Made by a program: the position numbers and the translations under genes. From Archangium sp. (GTDB lineage: Bacteria; Myxococcota; Myxococcia; Myxococcales; Myxococcaceae): a stretch of DNA of 64,000 nt. The stretch is taken from NCBI GenBank assembly GCA_031367385.1, contig JANLPS010000489.1:1-64000 (forward strand), in the 5' to 3' direction. How positions within the stretch are numbered: the first letter of the stretch is position 1; the number at the start of each line of letters is the position of its first letter. The notes under the pieces were generated by a model. The model was given only the letters and a program-made list of their open reading frames with translations, searched no databases and had not been told where the DNA came from. Shown here one piece after another: positions 43,772 through 53,636 of this stretch.

Positions 43772-45727
43772 TCAGTCCTGAGGCACGAGGTTCCACACGT
43801 CGCCGCCGAGCTCTGCTTTGCGAAGCTCCCAGGCGGCCAAGACGTCGGCGGTGTGGGCGATGTACTCGGGGCTGGCCTCGAAGCGGTGCTGCTTGGCGTA
43901 CGCGGCCAAGAATTCGCGCAACACCGGCGAGAGAAAGTGGGTCGCGAGAATCACTTCGCTGCCGTCGAGGTACTCGGTGAAGCGCAGCGCGAACCCGGCG
44001 TGGCCCTCGTCAGAGGTCTCGACGCGAACGACCTCGCCTTTGACGCGCACCATGCGGCCCTTGGGGGGCAGGGTGAGCTCGACGAGCAGCTTGGTGCCCA
44101 GCTTCAAGAAGAAGCTCGACTGCAAGAACATGCCGCCGACCGAGATGTTGACGGTGGGCAGCGCGGCCTCGAAAAAGCGGTTGGGCGAGTCGGCCATCGA
44201 GAGCCGGGCCTTCACCCCGAGCTCGAGACGGGGGTACTTGCGGCGGGCGTCGGCGGGCAGCTTGCTCTTGGCTGAGGCGACTCCCGGCGCGGCGACGGGC
44301 ACCCTGCCAGGGGCGGGGCTCGGAGCGCGATGCAGCGAGGCCAAGGCGGTGTCGCGGTTGACGGTGGCTGACGAGGGCGCCCAGCTTCGAGCCGAGGTGC
44401 GGGTGTCGGCTTTCGGCGTGGGTTTCGGAGCAGGGGCTCCGGCGGGCTTCGCGACGCCGGGTGAGCGGGAGTCAGGTGGCTTGGTGGTCATGGCCGTGGT
44501 GGCGCGAGTCGGAGCGCCAGAGGTCGAGCGTGAATCGTTCGCACGGGGAGACCCCGGGCGGTTCGTCGTCGAAGCGGCTGCGGCGCTGCGTGGGTCGGTC
44601 TTCGAAGTGCTTGGCGCCAGGGTGGGCGGGCGTGAGTCAGACGATCGCGCGGTTGCGGGTGAGGCGCTTCGCGAGTCGAGGGTTCGCGCGCCAGTCGTCA
44701 CCGCGCCGCGGGAGTCGGTGGCTCGCGAAGCCACAGCGGTTGAGGCCGTGCTCGTGATGCGCGAATCGCTCGTGCGAGGAACTGGCGATGCGCTTCGTGA
44801 ATCGGGGGGGCGTGATGAGGCGGTGACTCGTGAATCGGTCGAACGCAACGAATCGTTGCGTGAGGACGCGCTCGTTGCGCGTGAATCGCTCGGTCGTGAC
44901 GCCGCGCTGGCTGACCGGGAGTCACTCGCGCGTGGTGCTGCTGAGATATGTCGTGATTCTGCGAGCCGCGATGAATCGCTGGGCCGTGAAGCTGCACTGG
45001 TTGAACGCGAGTCACTCGCGCGCTCGGCGGAGATTTCTCGCGAACCAGTGGGGCGCGATGCGGCGGTGGCTCGTGAATCGGTGGGGCGTGAAGCCTCACT
45101 GGCTGAACGTGAGTCACTCGAGCGTGGTGCTGCGGAGGTCGTTCGTGAGTCCGTGGGCCGCAATGAGCCGGTGGTTCGTGAATCGCTCGGCCGCGAAACG
45201 GCTACGCGTGACGCACTCGCGCGCATTGCGGCTGCGCTGCTTCGTGAGTCCGTCGGACGTGATGAGGCGGTGGTACGTGAATCGCTCGGCCGTGCGGCAG
45301 CGCTGGCTGAACGCGAGTCAGCCGCACGTGAGGCGGAGCTTGCTCGCGAATCGGTGGCTCGCGAGGCAGCGTTGGTTGAGCGCGCGTCACTCGCGCGTGA
45401 GGCCGAGAGTTCTCGTGAGCCCGTCGGCCGTGATGAGGCGGCAGTTCGTGAATCGCCCGCTCGCGCTGGGGCAGCGCCGAGCTTCGAGCCAACCGATTCG
45501 CCACCTCGCGCTGCCCTGGCCTTTGACGCGGGCGCCGGAGCCGCACGGCCGCCGCCCCGAAAGGCCTCAGCCGCGGCTCTGACTTTCTCTCGCAACGCCT
45601 CGGCGCCCGAATCGCGTCGAGGCGCCGCGCCGGGGCGTGAAACCACAGGCACCGCTCGCTTTCGCGTGTCGAGCGACGCCGCGAGCGCTGTCAGTGATGC
45701 CTTCGATTTCTGCCCCGAGCGCGCCAT
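43772..45727 (-). CDS. PilZ-domain protein with long Ser/Arg/Ala-rich repeat region
   Basis: C-terminal RRKYPR and NISVGG PilZ motifs; start 6 nt after the metK stop, stop 2 nt before uppP. Confidence 0.85.
   Translation of the reverse strand: MARSGQKSKASLTALAASLDTRKRAVPVVSRPGAAPRRDSGAEALREKVRAAAEAFRGGGRAAPAPASKARAARGGESVGSKLGAAPARAGDSRTAASSRPTGSRELSASRASDARSTNAASRATDSRASSASRAADSRSASAAARPSDSRTTASSRPTDSRSSAAAMRASASRVAVSRPSDSRTTGSLRPTDSRTTSAAPRSSDSRSASEASRPTDSRATAASRPTGSREISAERASDSRSTSAASRPSDSSRLAESRHISAAPRASDSRSASAASRPSDSRATSASSRNDSLRSTDSRVTASSRPPDSRSASPVPRTSDSRITSTASTAVASRATDSRGAVTTGARTLDSRSASPATARSSDSRPPTLAPSTSKTDPRSAAAASTTNRPGSPRANDSRSTSGAPTRATTAMTTKPPDSRSPGVAKPAGAPAPKPTPKADTRTSARSWAPSSATVNRDTALASLHRAPSPAPGRVPVAAPGVASAKSKLPADARRKYPRLELGVKARLSMADSPNRFFEAALPTVNISVGGMFLQSSFFLKLGTKLLVELTLPPKGRMVRVKGEVVRVETSDEGHAGFALRFTEYLDGSEVILATHFLSPVLREFLAAYAKQHRFEASPEYIAHTADVLAAWELRKAELGGDVWNLVPQD
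44460..45470 (-). repeat. Degenerate coding tandem repeat, 33-39 bp units encoding R-[AP]-[ST]-D-S-R-x(5-7)
   Basis: About 25-28 units by eye; recurring CGTGAATCG/CGTGAGTC core on the plus strand. Confidence 0.85.
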
Positions 45728-45733
45728 GAAGAA

Positions 45734-46900
45734 TTACGCGGCGCGCACTTTCACGCCGAGTGCATCTCGCAAGGCTTCCTTCTTGTCGGTCTTCTCCCAG
45801 CTGAACTCGCTGCGGCCGAAGTGACCGTACGCCGCCGTGCGCTGGTAAATCGGGCGCAGCAAGTCGAGCGTCTCGACGATCTGACGCGGCTTGAGCCCGA
45901 ACACCTGACGAACCGCCAACGCGATCTTGTCTTCGTCGATGATCGACGTGCCGAACGTCTCGACCATCACGCTCACCGGCTCTGCCACGCCGATCGCGTA
46001 CGAGACCTGCACTTCGCACCGCGTCGCCAAGCCAGCCGCGACCACCGTCTTCGCGATGTACCGGCCCATGTACGCCGCCGATCGGTCAACCTTCGAGGGG
46101 TCTTTGCCCGAGAACGCACCGCCGCCGTGACGGCCCATGCCGCCGTAGGTGTCGACGATGATCTTTCGGCCCGTCACGCCCGAGTCGCCCATCGGCCCGC
46201 CAATGACGAAGCGGCCCGTGGGGTTGATGAAGAACTTGGTTTTCTTGTCGATGAGCTTGCCCGGCAGCGAGGGCTTGATCACGTCCTCCATGATCGCCTC
46301 TTTGATGCGTTTGTTGCTGACGTGCTCGGCGTGCTGAGTCGAGAGCACCACCGCGTCGATGCGCACCGGCTTGCCATTGACGTACTCCACCGTCACCTGG
46401 CTCTTGCCGTCGGGGCGAATCCAGTCGTGCTTCTTGCGGCGAACATCGGCCAGCTTGCGGGTCAGCGCGTGGGCGTAGTGAATCGGAGCGGGCATCAGCT
46501 CGGGCGTCTCGTTGCACGCGTAGCCGAACATCATGCCCTGGTCGCCGGCCCCTTGTTCTTTCTTGCTGCCTTCGTCGACGCCGCGGGCGATGTCTTGCGA
46601 CTGCCCTTCAATCGCCACCATCACGCCGCAGGTGTTGCCGTCGTACCCCATGGCCGAGTCGGTGTAGCCAATCTTGCGAATCGTGTTGCGCACGATGGTG
46701 GGGATGTCGATCCACGCCGTGGTGGTCACTTCTCCGGCGACCATCGCGAAGCCCGTCTTCACCAGGGTCTCGACCGCGATGCGCGCGTGCGGGTCTTTTT
46801 CAATCAACGCGTCGACGACGCCATCTGAAATCTGGTCGCAAATCTTGTCCGGGTGGCCTTCGGTGACCGACTCAGAGGTGAAGAGAAAATCCTTTGGCAT
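45734..46900 (-). CDS. metK: S-adenosylmethionine synthetase
   Basis: [39 protein letters not shown]. Confidence 0.98.
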   Translation of the reverse strand: MPKDFLFTSESVTEGHPDKICDQISDGVVDALIEKDPHARIAVETLVKTGFAMVAGEVTTTAWIDIPTIVRNTIRKIGYTDSAMGYDGNTCGVMVAIEGQSQDIARGVDEGSKKEQGAGDQGMMFGYACNETPELMPAPIHYAHALTRKLADVRRKKHDWIRPDGKSQVTVEYVNGKPVRIDAVVLSTQHAEHVSNKRIKEAIMEDVIKPSLPGKLIDKKTKFFINPTGRFVIGGPMGDSGVTGRKIIVDTYGGMGRHGGGAFSGKDPSKVDRSAAYMGRYIAKTVVAAGLATRCEVQVSYAIGVAEPVSVMVETFGTSIIDEDKIALAVRQVFGLKPRQIVETLDLLRPIYQRTAAYGHFGRSEFSWEKTDKKEALRDALGVKVRAA

Positions 46901-46981
46901 GGCGTTGGTTTCCGTCTGGTGAGGAGTGAAGTGAGCGCGGCTATACCGCGCACCGCGTTACAGATCCAAGGGTGACTGCAT

Positions 46982-48067
46982 CTAGCGGTGTCGGGTGGTG
47001 ATTTCGGAGCCGACCGAAGCGCCGGTGAGCCAGGCGTCGACCCCCACATCACCCCGAAAATGCTTGCGAAAGAAGGCAACGGTCAATGTGTGCAGGTCGG
47101 CCCGGGCCTTGACCTTGTCGCCGCTCGACGTCTTGCAAAAGCCGCACGACAAGCCCGTGCAGGCATCGACGAAATCGAGGTGGCCGATCGAAGCGAAGGT
47201 CCACTCCGCTGACCAGGGTGCGCTGGTCGCGGCCTCGTAAAAGGTCGTGTAATTACCAGCGGCTGGGGCGCACAGCATGCCCCCCCCGGTCGAGTCGAGG
47301 GTTTCACCGGCGAAGCCCAGAGGCACCGCGAGCGGGGTGACCTGGTCGGGCACCACGTCGGGGCTCTGCGCATTGACCGGGTCGATGCCGAAGACCGCGC
47401 CCACCCGCGCATCGGCGAAGGCGGTCATGATCGCCAGTTTGCCGCCGAGGCTGTGGCCCATCACGCCCACCCGGGTCGAGTCGACGCGACCCGCAAGCGG
47501 CCCCGAGGCCGAGAGGGCCCAGTCGATCGCGGCACGGGCGTCTTTCATCATCGCGACGTGGTCGACGTTGAAAATGCTGAACGCCGGGTCGGCTCGAATC
47601 ACCACGAAACCATGCGAGGCGAGGCGCTCGACCGTCGCCAAGTACATCGAGGTGTTCAGGTTCGCGCCGGGTAAAAAGACGATCACCGGCGATGGCCCCA
47701 GGCCGACCGGCAGGTGCGCGACCACCGGCGTCTGACGCGAGCCGTTCGTCACCTTGCCGCTGACCGTACTCAGGGCGTAGGGCCCCGCCACGTCGGGGGT
47801 CGTGCCATTGGCGTACGTGGCGCCCGCGTCGACCGAGCCGCCGCCGTCGGCCCCAGGAGGCTGCCCGGCATCACCCGGGGCGCTCTGACCTGCATCGAGC
47901 GCCACCGTCGGCCCACCGGCATCGACCCCGTCCGAAAGACCAGCATCATTGCCGAGCCGGGCTCCGCCGTCGGAGCGAACGCCCGCATCAAGCCCAGGCA
48001 GGGTGTCGCTCCCCGCCCCGCCGCACGCACCGGTGAACACCATCAGCGCCAAAAATGAAGATCTCAT
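46982..48067 (-). CDS. Lipoprotein alpha/beta hydrolase (chlorophyllase/cutinase-like)
   Basis: Lipobox TGAC, DAG-rich linker, LASHGFVV, GHSLGG, IDPV, GHLDF. Confidence 0.85.
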   Translation of the reverse strand: MRSSFLALMVFTGACGGAGSDTLPGLDAGVRSDGGARLGNDAGLSDGVDAGGPTVALDAGQSAPGDAGQPPGADGGGSVDAGATYANGTTPDVAGPYALSTVSGKVTNGSRQTPVVAHLPVGLGPSPVIVFLPGANLNTSMYLATVERLASHGFVVIRADPAFSIFNVDHVAMMKDARAAIDWALSASGPLAGRVDSTRVGVMGHSLGGKLAIMTAFADARVGAVFGIDPVNAQSPDVVPDQVTPLAVPLGFAGETLDSTGGGMLCAPAAGNYTTFYEAATSAPWSAEWTFASIGHLDFVDACTGLSCGFCKTSSGDKVKARADLHTLTVAFFRKHFRGDVGVDAWLTGASVGSEITTRHR

Positions 48068-48188
48068 CGCCAGAGCGGCACTACGACAAGTGGGCCCCTG
48101 TGCGCCAGAGCTTGAGTCGGGCGCTTCGCTGAGGCACAAGCCAAGCCGATTGAATATTCTTTTGGCCCAGCGCGTCGGTACGGACACT

Positions 48189-48764
48189 ATGACTCGACTC
48201 CTCGCACTTTCTCTCGCAGTGGTTGCCTCGTCGGCCTTCGCGGCTTCGGCCAAAGAAGAGGTCTCCAAACCCATCAAAACCGTCGTGAATTCGGTGCGTT
48301 TCGGCAAAGACCTGGCCGCGCTGAAGATGTTCGCGGGCGAAGAACAGGGCAAGTACATGCTCGGCGACGAGTGGGCCAAAGGCACCGACGCGCAGCGAAA
48401 AGAGTTCATCGAGCAGTTTCACCAGCTGTTCGGCAAAATCGCCTTTCCCAAGATTCGAAAGAACTTCGAGAACCTCGACTCGGTGCTCTACGACGAGCCC
48501 ACGGTGAACGGCGAGAAGGCCGAGATCCCCTCCACGATTTTGATCAACCACCCGCTCAAGAAGCAGGAGCTCAAGCTCAAGTACGCGCTCGCCAAGCAAG
48601 GCCCCGCGTGGAAGGTCATCGACGTTTCGGTGCTCGGCGACTCGATGCTGCAGGGCATTCGCGATGATCAGGTGCAGCCGATCTTCAAAGAGGGCGGCTG
48701 GGAAAAGCTGCTGAGCTTGATGAAGGCCAAGAACGCTGAGCTCAAAGATGTCGTTCTGAAGTGA
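48189..48764 (+). CDS. MlaC/Ttg2D-family phospholipid-binding periplasmic protein
   Basis: Signal peptide ending AFA; WxxxTDAQRKEF; WKVIDVSVLGDSML. Confidence 0.8.
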   Translation: MTRLLALSLAVVASSAFAASAKEEVSKPIKTVVNSVRFGKDLAALKMFAGEEQGKYMLGDEWAKGTDAQRKEFIEQFHQLFGKIAFPKIRKNFENLDSVLYDEPTVNGEKAEIPSTILINHPLKKQELKLKYALAKQGPAWKVIDVSVLGDSMLQGIRDDQVQPIFKEGGWEKLLSLMKAKNAELKDVVLK

Positions 48765-49441
48765 AGGCGCTCGGGGGGGCACTGCTTTTTCTGCTGGGCA
48801 CCGCGTGCGGCGCGCCGACGATGGGCCAGGTCGAGGTCGACTCCGGCACGGTCGTGGTGGTGCCGAAGAGCGATGCCGGCGTGGCTCGAACCGATGGCGG
48901 CCTTCGCGATGCGGGTGCGCAGCCTGACGCCGGGCCGCCCGCGCCGCGAGATGCAGGCACCTGCCCCTTCACTCCGCAGTGGAACTTCGTGGTCAACGCA
49001 GGCTTCGAGTGCGCGCCGTCGACCCCTTGGTCTGTCTCGAGCGGCGTCGGCACGGTCATCGACGCCGGTCACTCTGGGAGCAATGCGCTCAAGGTCGTCG
49101 CCGATTCGCTCGGGCAGGCCCTGGCCGGGCAAGACAACGTGGTCAACGACACCGGTGGTCAGGTGTTCTGCGCGCAGCTGTGGGTGCGGGGCACGTCGCC
49201 TGAGATGCGGCTCGAGGTGCGCGTTTCGCCCTCGGGCAAAGGCTCGGCGTTCTCTTCTCCGCTCGGCAGCGACGGCGGGTGGGTGAAGGTGCCGCCGGGG
49301 GCTCCGATGGCGGTCAGCTCTGAGCGTGGAGAGTCACTCTCGGTGCTGGCGAAGACCCAAGCCGCCGTCGTGGGCGAGACGTTGATCATCGATGACGTCG
49401 AGCTGTGGCCTTCGGCTTCGGGCCGCTGCGACGAGCATTGA
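48761..49441 (+). CDS. Lipoprotein with carbohydrate-binding-module-like (CBM4/9-like) domain
   Basis: Lipobox GTAC; DAG linker; VVNAGFE...W, HSGSNALKV, IIDDVEL; GTGA overlap with the upstream gene. Confidence 0.7.
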   Translation: MKALGGALLFLLGTACGAPTMGQVEVDSGTVVVVPKSDAGVARTDGGLRDAGAQPDAGPPAPRDAGTCPFTPQWNFVVNAGFECAPSTPWSVSSGVGTVIDAGHSGSNALKVVADSLGQALAGQDNVVNDTGGQVFCAQLWVRGTSPEMRLEVRVSPSGKGSAFSSPLGSDGGWVKVPPGAPMAVSSERGESLSVLAKTQAAVVGETLIIDDVELWPSASGRCDEH

Positions 49442-49907
49442 CTGGCCACAGGCTGCGCGTCTGCGCCGCTCGCCGCTTCAACGAGTCATCGACTGCACAG
49501 ACGAAGCGCGTCAGAAGCGACCTCAGCAGCACTTGCTCGGTCGCGCTCAATGAGCGCTCGAGCCCGCCCATCACGGTTCGAAGGCGCGCCTCACAGCGTC
49601 GATAGGTCGAACGGCCCTGTGCCGTGAGTTGCACGACACCTGCCCTCGCGTCGTTCGGGTCATCGCACCGTCGAACGAGGCCCGAGCGCTGCATGCGGGT
49701 GACCAGCCGCGAGACCGCCGCCTGATCATGCTGCAGCGTTTCGACGATCGCCGAGACGCGCAAGTCTCCGTGCCGCGCCAGCACCACCAGCACCTTCCAC
49801 TGCGTGCTGGTGATTTTCAGAGGGGCCAAGACCCGGTCACCCAGCGTCGCCAGTCGCGAAGACGCGGCGTGCAGGAGCCCGCCGAGATCTCGGGGGGTGT
49901 TTGCCAT
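49386..49907 (-). CDS. MarR family transcriptional regulator
   Basis: ITSTQWKVL, VSRLVTRMQRSGLV, DPNDAR, LTAQG. Confidence 0.9.
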   Translation of the reverse strand: MANTPRDLGGLLHAASSRLATLGDRVLAPLKITSTQWKVLVVLARHGDLRVSAIVETLQHDQAAVSRLVTRMQRSGLVRRCDDPNDARAGVVQLTAQGRSTYRRCEARLRTVMGGLERSLSATEQVLLRSLLTRFVCAVDDSLKRRAAQTRSLWPVNARRSGPKPKATARRHR

Positions 49908-49909
49908 CG

Positions 49910-50446
49910 CTACTCAACACCGAGCTGCTTCTTGAGCGCAGGAGGCCCGTGGCCTTCGGGGATCTCTCCGTAGATGCGCCGGATGCGATTGTTCTCGAAA
50001 AAATAAGTGAAGTACTCAGCCGGCAAGTCGATGGCTTTGCCCGTGGCCTCGAGCTTGGGCACCTCTTTGATGGGGTAGTCGAGGTACCCCGTGTGGGTGC
50101 CCTTGAGAAAGACCGCGACGCGCACCGAGTTGCCCTCGGCTTCGTCGAGCTTCTCGTTGAACCTGAAATCGGGGAAGGCCTGTTTTCGCGCCTTGTGCAT
50201 CGCCAGCGCGTCAGCGAACCCGATCTTCGCGAAGAACGGCATGCCCTTCATTTGCATCGAGAATTGCGGGTCGAGCTGCGCTTGGGCCGCCGGCCAGTCA
50301 CCGGCCTCGATCGCCCTGAGGTGGGCTTCGACCAGCTCGGTGGGCGACTTCGTGTTGTGGGCCGCCTCGGCGGTCATCGTCGAGGGCACCGAGGCACAAC
50401 CCAAGGTGAGGCAGAGAACAACGAGGCAGAAGGGGCGCAAATGCAT
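49910..50446 (-). CDS. Lipoprotein with SnoaL/NTF2-like ester cyclase domain
   Basis: Lipobox TLGC; AFPDFRF, GTHTG, ATGKAI. Confidence 0.8.
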   Translation of the reverse strand: MHLRPFCLVVLCLTLGCASVPSTMTAEAAHNTKSPTELVEAHLRAIEAGDWPAAQAQLDPQFSMQMKGMPFFAKIGFADALAMHKARKQAFPDFRFNEKLDEAEGNSVRVAVFLKGTHTGYLDYPIKEVPKLEATGKAIDLPAEYFTYFFENNRIRRIYGEIPEGHGPPALKKQLGVE

Positions 50447-50532
50447 GTCATGACATTAACCGTCGGCTGGCGTGCCGTAAACGAAATCTGCAGTTGATTG
50501 CGGTGCGGCGCGGGGGGCACATGCGGGCCACG

Positions 50533-51186
50533 ATGAAAATGACCATTCTGGGAGCGTCGGGCGGGTGCGGTCAGCAGCTGGTGAGCCAGGCCCTCGAGCG
50601 AGGGCACGAGATACGCGCGGTCGTTCGCGCCTCGACGTCGTGGCAGGCCCCGCGAGGCGTCGAGCGGTTGACCGGCGATCTCGACGACCCGGCTTTTCTG
50701 GGCAGTGCGGTCACCGGCGCTGACGTGGTCTTGAGCGCGCTGGGCCTCCGGCTCAAGAGCATCGCGCCGTGGGCCAGGCCCGAGGTGGCAGATTTTCTGA
50801 GCCGCTCGACGCCCGCGCTGGTGGCGGCGATGAAGGCCGCCGGTGTCACGCGGGTCATCGCCATCTCGGCTGGAGGCGTCGGAGACAGCGAGCTGCAGGT
50901 GCCGGCGGTGTTTCGCGCCTTCATCAAAGCCACAGCGCTTCGGCACGCCTACCAGCAACTGGCGGTGATGGAGTCGGTGTTGCTCAAGAGCGGGTTGGAG
51001 GTCTGTGTGTGCAGGCCGACCGGCCTCACCGATGGCCCGCGCACCGGCGGGGCGAAGGTGGTGACGGCGCTCGAAGGCCGCGCCACCATCTCGCGAGCCG
51101 ACGTCGCCGAGTGGATGTTGACCGAGGCCGAGCGGCCCGCGTACCGAGGCCGCACGCCGATGCTGACGGTGACAGGCGCTGCCTGA
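50533..51186 (+). CDS. NAD(P)H-binding flavin reductase-like (atypical SDR) protein
   Basis: ILGASGGCG, RPTGLTDG, ISRADVA. Confidence 0.88.
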   Translation: MKMTILGASGGCGQQLVSQALERGHEIRAVVRASTSWQAPRGVERLTGDLDDPAFLGSAVTGADVVLSALGLRLKSIAPWARPEVADFLSRSTPALVAAMKAAGVTRVIAISAGGVGDSELQVPAVFRAFIKATALRHAYQQLAVMESVLLKSGLEVCVCRPTGLTDGPRTGGAKVVTALEGRATISRADVAEWMLTEAERPAYRGRTPMLTVTGAA

Positions 51187-51196
51187 AGCCGCAATT

Positions 51197-52183
51197 TTAG
51201 AGCGCTTTCTCCCGCGGGGGGCGATTTCGCGGCGTGAGCCACCCCGCCAAGGCCTCCGCCATTCTTCCACCGGCAGAGAGGGTCCCCGCCTCGGCGGCGA
51301 GCGCTTGCTTCACGGCCTCCTCCAGCACCATCGGAGCCGGGAGCCCGGCGGCCTCCCAATAGCCGGGGCGGGTCGAGAGCAGGTCTGAGGTCAGCCCCTC
51401 GACGAGCTCCCGGGCGACCGAGAAATCGGCGCGCGTCACCAGCCTGATCCAGTGTGACGACAGGCGAGGCGTGATGAGGGGTATCTTCAGAAGCAAAGGC
51501 TTGCGACCCATCACCGCGGCCAGGCGCTCCAGAATTTCACGACCAGAGAGGGCCTCCGGGCCGGCGATGTCCCACCAGGTGCTTTGGGGGAGCGCCAGTC
51601 GCGCACCCGCGAGGAGCGCCGCGATCACGCCTTCGAGCGCCACCGGTTCGCTGCGGTGCGAGAGCCACGCAGGGAGCACCATCGCAGGCAGACGCGCCGC
51701 GAGGTCGCGCACGATGGTCCACGAGGCGCTGCCGACGCCGATGATCATGCCGGCCCGGAGCTCGAGCGTCGGTACGGGCCCGGCACGCAGCACTTCACCG
51801 GTCTTCAATCTCGACAGAAGGTGCTCCGAGGGCGGGCCCTGGGGGGCCACTCCGCCCAGGTAGATGATTCGGCCCACCCCTGCTTGACCCGCGGCCTCGG
51901 CAAAATTCTTGGCCCAGCGCAGCTCGTCTTCGGCCCAAAGCGCGACGTGCGAACCCATGCCGTGAACCAGGTAGTAGGCGATGTCGCAGCCTTCAAGGGC
52001 CGAGCGCAGCGATGCGGGCTCGCCGATATCGCCTTGCACCCAACGCCGGTGCGGCCACTGGCGGCGCGCGTCGTCGGGTCTGCGGGTCAGGCATCGAACT
52101 TCGTACCCGGCCGCCTCCAGCGAACCATGCAGGTTTCGGCCAATGAAACCGGTGGCACCGGTGAGGAGCACACGCTGGGACAT
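51197..52183 (-). CDS. NAD-dependent epimerase/atypical SDR (YbjT-like)
   Basis: LTGATGFIG, AYYLVHGM, SEHLLSR, LRAGMIIG, RLPAMVLP. The upstream ORF extension is antisense to the P450. Confidence 0.88.
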   Translation of the reverse strand: MSQRVLLTGATGFIGRNLHGSLEAAGYEVRCLTRRPDDARRQWPHRRWVQGDIGEPASLRSALEGCDIAYYLVHGMGSHVALWAEDELRWAKNFAEAAGQAGVGRIIYLGGVAPQGPPSEHLLSRLKTGEVLRAGPVPTLELRAGMIIGVGSASWTIVRDLAARLPAMVLPAWLSHRSEPVALEGVIAALLAGARLALPQSTWWDIAGPEALSGREILERLAAVMGRKPLLLKIPLITPRLSSHWIRLVTRADFSVARELVEGLTSDLLSTRPGYWEAAGLPAPMVLEEAVKQALAAEAGTLSAGGRMAEALAGWLTPRNRPPREKAL

Positions 52184-52267
52184 GCCGGCTTCTACCCCGG
52201 TGAGGGAGCGGACTCCATCAACCCCGGACCGTGTCGTGCGTTCTCTGAGGTGGTAGACGCACGGCTG

Positions 52268-53629
52268 ATGGCAGCGAAAGACATTGCAGGGCCGGGCATG
52301 CTCGAGTTCTTGGGTGGCGTACGCCGGCACGGGTTTCTCGAGTACGTCGAACGGCTGTGGCGTACGCACGGCGATCTGTTTCAAGTGCGAGTCGGCCCCA
52401 GAAGGCTGGTCTTCGCCATGCACCCCGAAGCGGTCGGCCAGGTCAACGTCGGCAACCGGCAGAACTACGACAAGCTGGGCAGCTACGACCTGGTCAGGCG
52501 CCGGCTGCTGGGCGAGGGGCTGCTGGCGAGCACCGGTGACCTGTGGCGCCGGCAACGCAAGCTGATGGCGCCCTTTTACACGCCCAAGGGTGTGCAGGCC
52601 TACGCGGCCATCATGCTCAAAGACGCCGCGCGACTGGTTGAGCGATGGCAGGGGCTGGCGGCTCAGCGCGCGCAGATCGAGATGGCCGAAGAGATGACCT
52701 TCGTCACCGCGTCGATCATTCTCGAGGCGATGTTCAGCACCGAGACGACTGAATCGATCGTCGACATGAAAGACGCGGTCGAGACGATGATCGCCTTCGT
52801 CAGCGCCCAGCAGTCGGGCCTGGTGGCGCCGCTGTGGCTGCCCACGGCCCGCAACCGCAAGTACCTCGCCGCGCAGCAGCTGGTTCACCGGTCGATCAAC
52901 GGGTTGATCGCTCAGCGGCGCGAGACCCCTGAGGCGCAATGGCCTGACGACCTGCTCTCACGCCTGATGCGCTCGCGAGATGAGGAAACCGGCGAGGCGA
53001 TGTCGCAGAGCCTGTTGCGTGACGAGTCGATCACCACTTTCTTCGCGGGCCACGAGACCACCGCGCGCACGATGACCTTCACCTGGTACGCGCTCGCGGC
53101 GAACCCCGGGGTCGCAGCGCGGCTTCACGAAGAGCTCGACGGCGTGCTCGAAGACCGCACACCCACCACGGACGATCTGCGGCAGCTGCCCTATGCGTTG
53201 CAGGTCATCAAAGAGGTGCTGCGGCTCTACCCCCCGGCGCCGTTCTACGTGCGTGACGCGAAGGGCGAAGACACCATCGACGGTCGCGCAGTGCCCAAAG
53301 GGGCGGCGGTGATGATGTCTCCGTACTTCACGCACCGGCACCCCGACTTCTGGCCCGACCCGCTGTTCTTCAACCCCGACCGGTGGGCGAAAGACCAAGA
53401 ATCGGCGCGCCACCCCTACGCGTACCACCCCTTCGCCGCGGGCCAGCGCATCTGCATCGGCAACAACTTCTCGCTGCTCGAGAGCCACCTCTTGCTCGCC
53501 GTGTTGGCCCACCGTTTCGCGCCGCGCCTGCAGCCCGGGTTCGCGCCGCGCTGGGTGATGCAGGGCACGCTCGGCACCTCGAATGGGTTTCCGATGGTGC
53601 TCGAGCCGCGGAGCAAGCCGCAGGGGTGA
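52268..53629 (+). CDS. Cytochrome P450
   Basis: AGHETT (I-helix), EVLR (ExxR), PDRW, FAAGQRICIG heme ligand. Confidence 0.95.
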   Translation: MAAKDIAGPGMLEFLGGVRRHGFLEYVERLWRTHGDLFQVRVGPRRLVFAMHPEAVGQVNVGNRQNYDKLGSYDLVRRRLLGEGLLASTGDLWRRQRKLMAPFYTPKGVQAYAAIMLKDAARLVERWQGLAAQRAQIEMAEEMTFVTASIILEAMFSTETTESIVDMKDAVETMIAFVSAQQSGLVAPLWLPTARNRKYLAAQQLVHRSINGLIAQRRETPEAQWPDDLLSRLMRSRDEETGEAMSQSLLRDESITTFFAGHETTARTMTFTWYALAANPGVAARLHEELDGVLEDRTPTTDDLRQLPYALQVIKEVLRLYPPAPFYVRDAKGEDTIDGRAVPKGAAVMMSPYFTHRHPDFWPDPLFFNPDRWAKDQESARHPYAYHPFAAGQRICIGNNFSLLESHLLLAVLAHRFAPRLQPGFAPRWVMQGTLGTSNGFPMVLEPRSKPQG

Positions 53630-53636
53630 GACGACG

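Noticed and set aside
44460..45470. CRISPR- or TIGR-like guide array (units near 36 nt)
   Set aside because: Unit lengths vary in multiples of three, conservation follows the encoded peptide, the tract is in frame with PilZ, and no Cas or Nop-domain gene is in the window.
43818..45824. 668-aa plus-strand ORF
   Set aside because: Antisense shadow of the repeat-rich PilZ gene; no recognisable domain, and the minus-strand gene fits the operon.
46900..46982. SAM riboswitch upstream of metK
   Set aside because: The intergenic region is only about 80 nt and shows no recognisable SAM-I or SAM-II consensus.
51584..52939. Long overlapping N-terminal extensions of the P450 and epimerase ORFs
   Set aside because: Each extension is antisense to the other gene; homology starts at 52268 and 52183.
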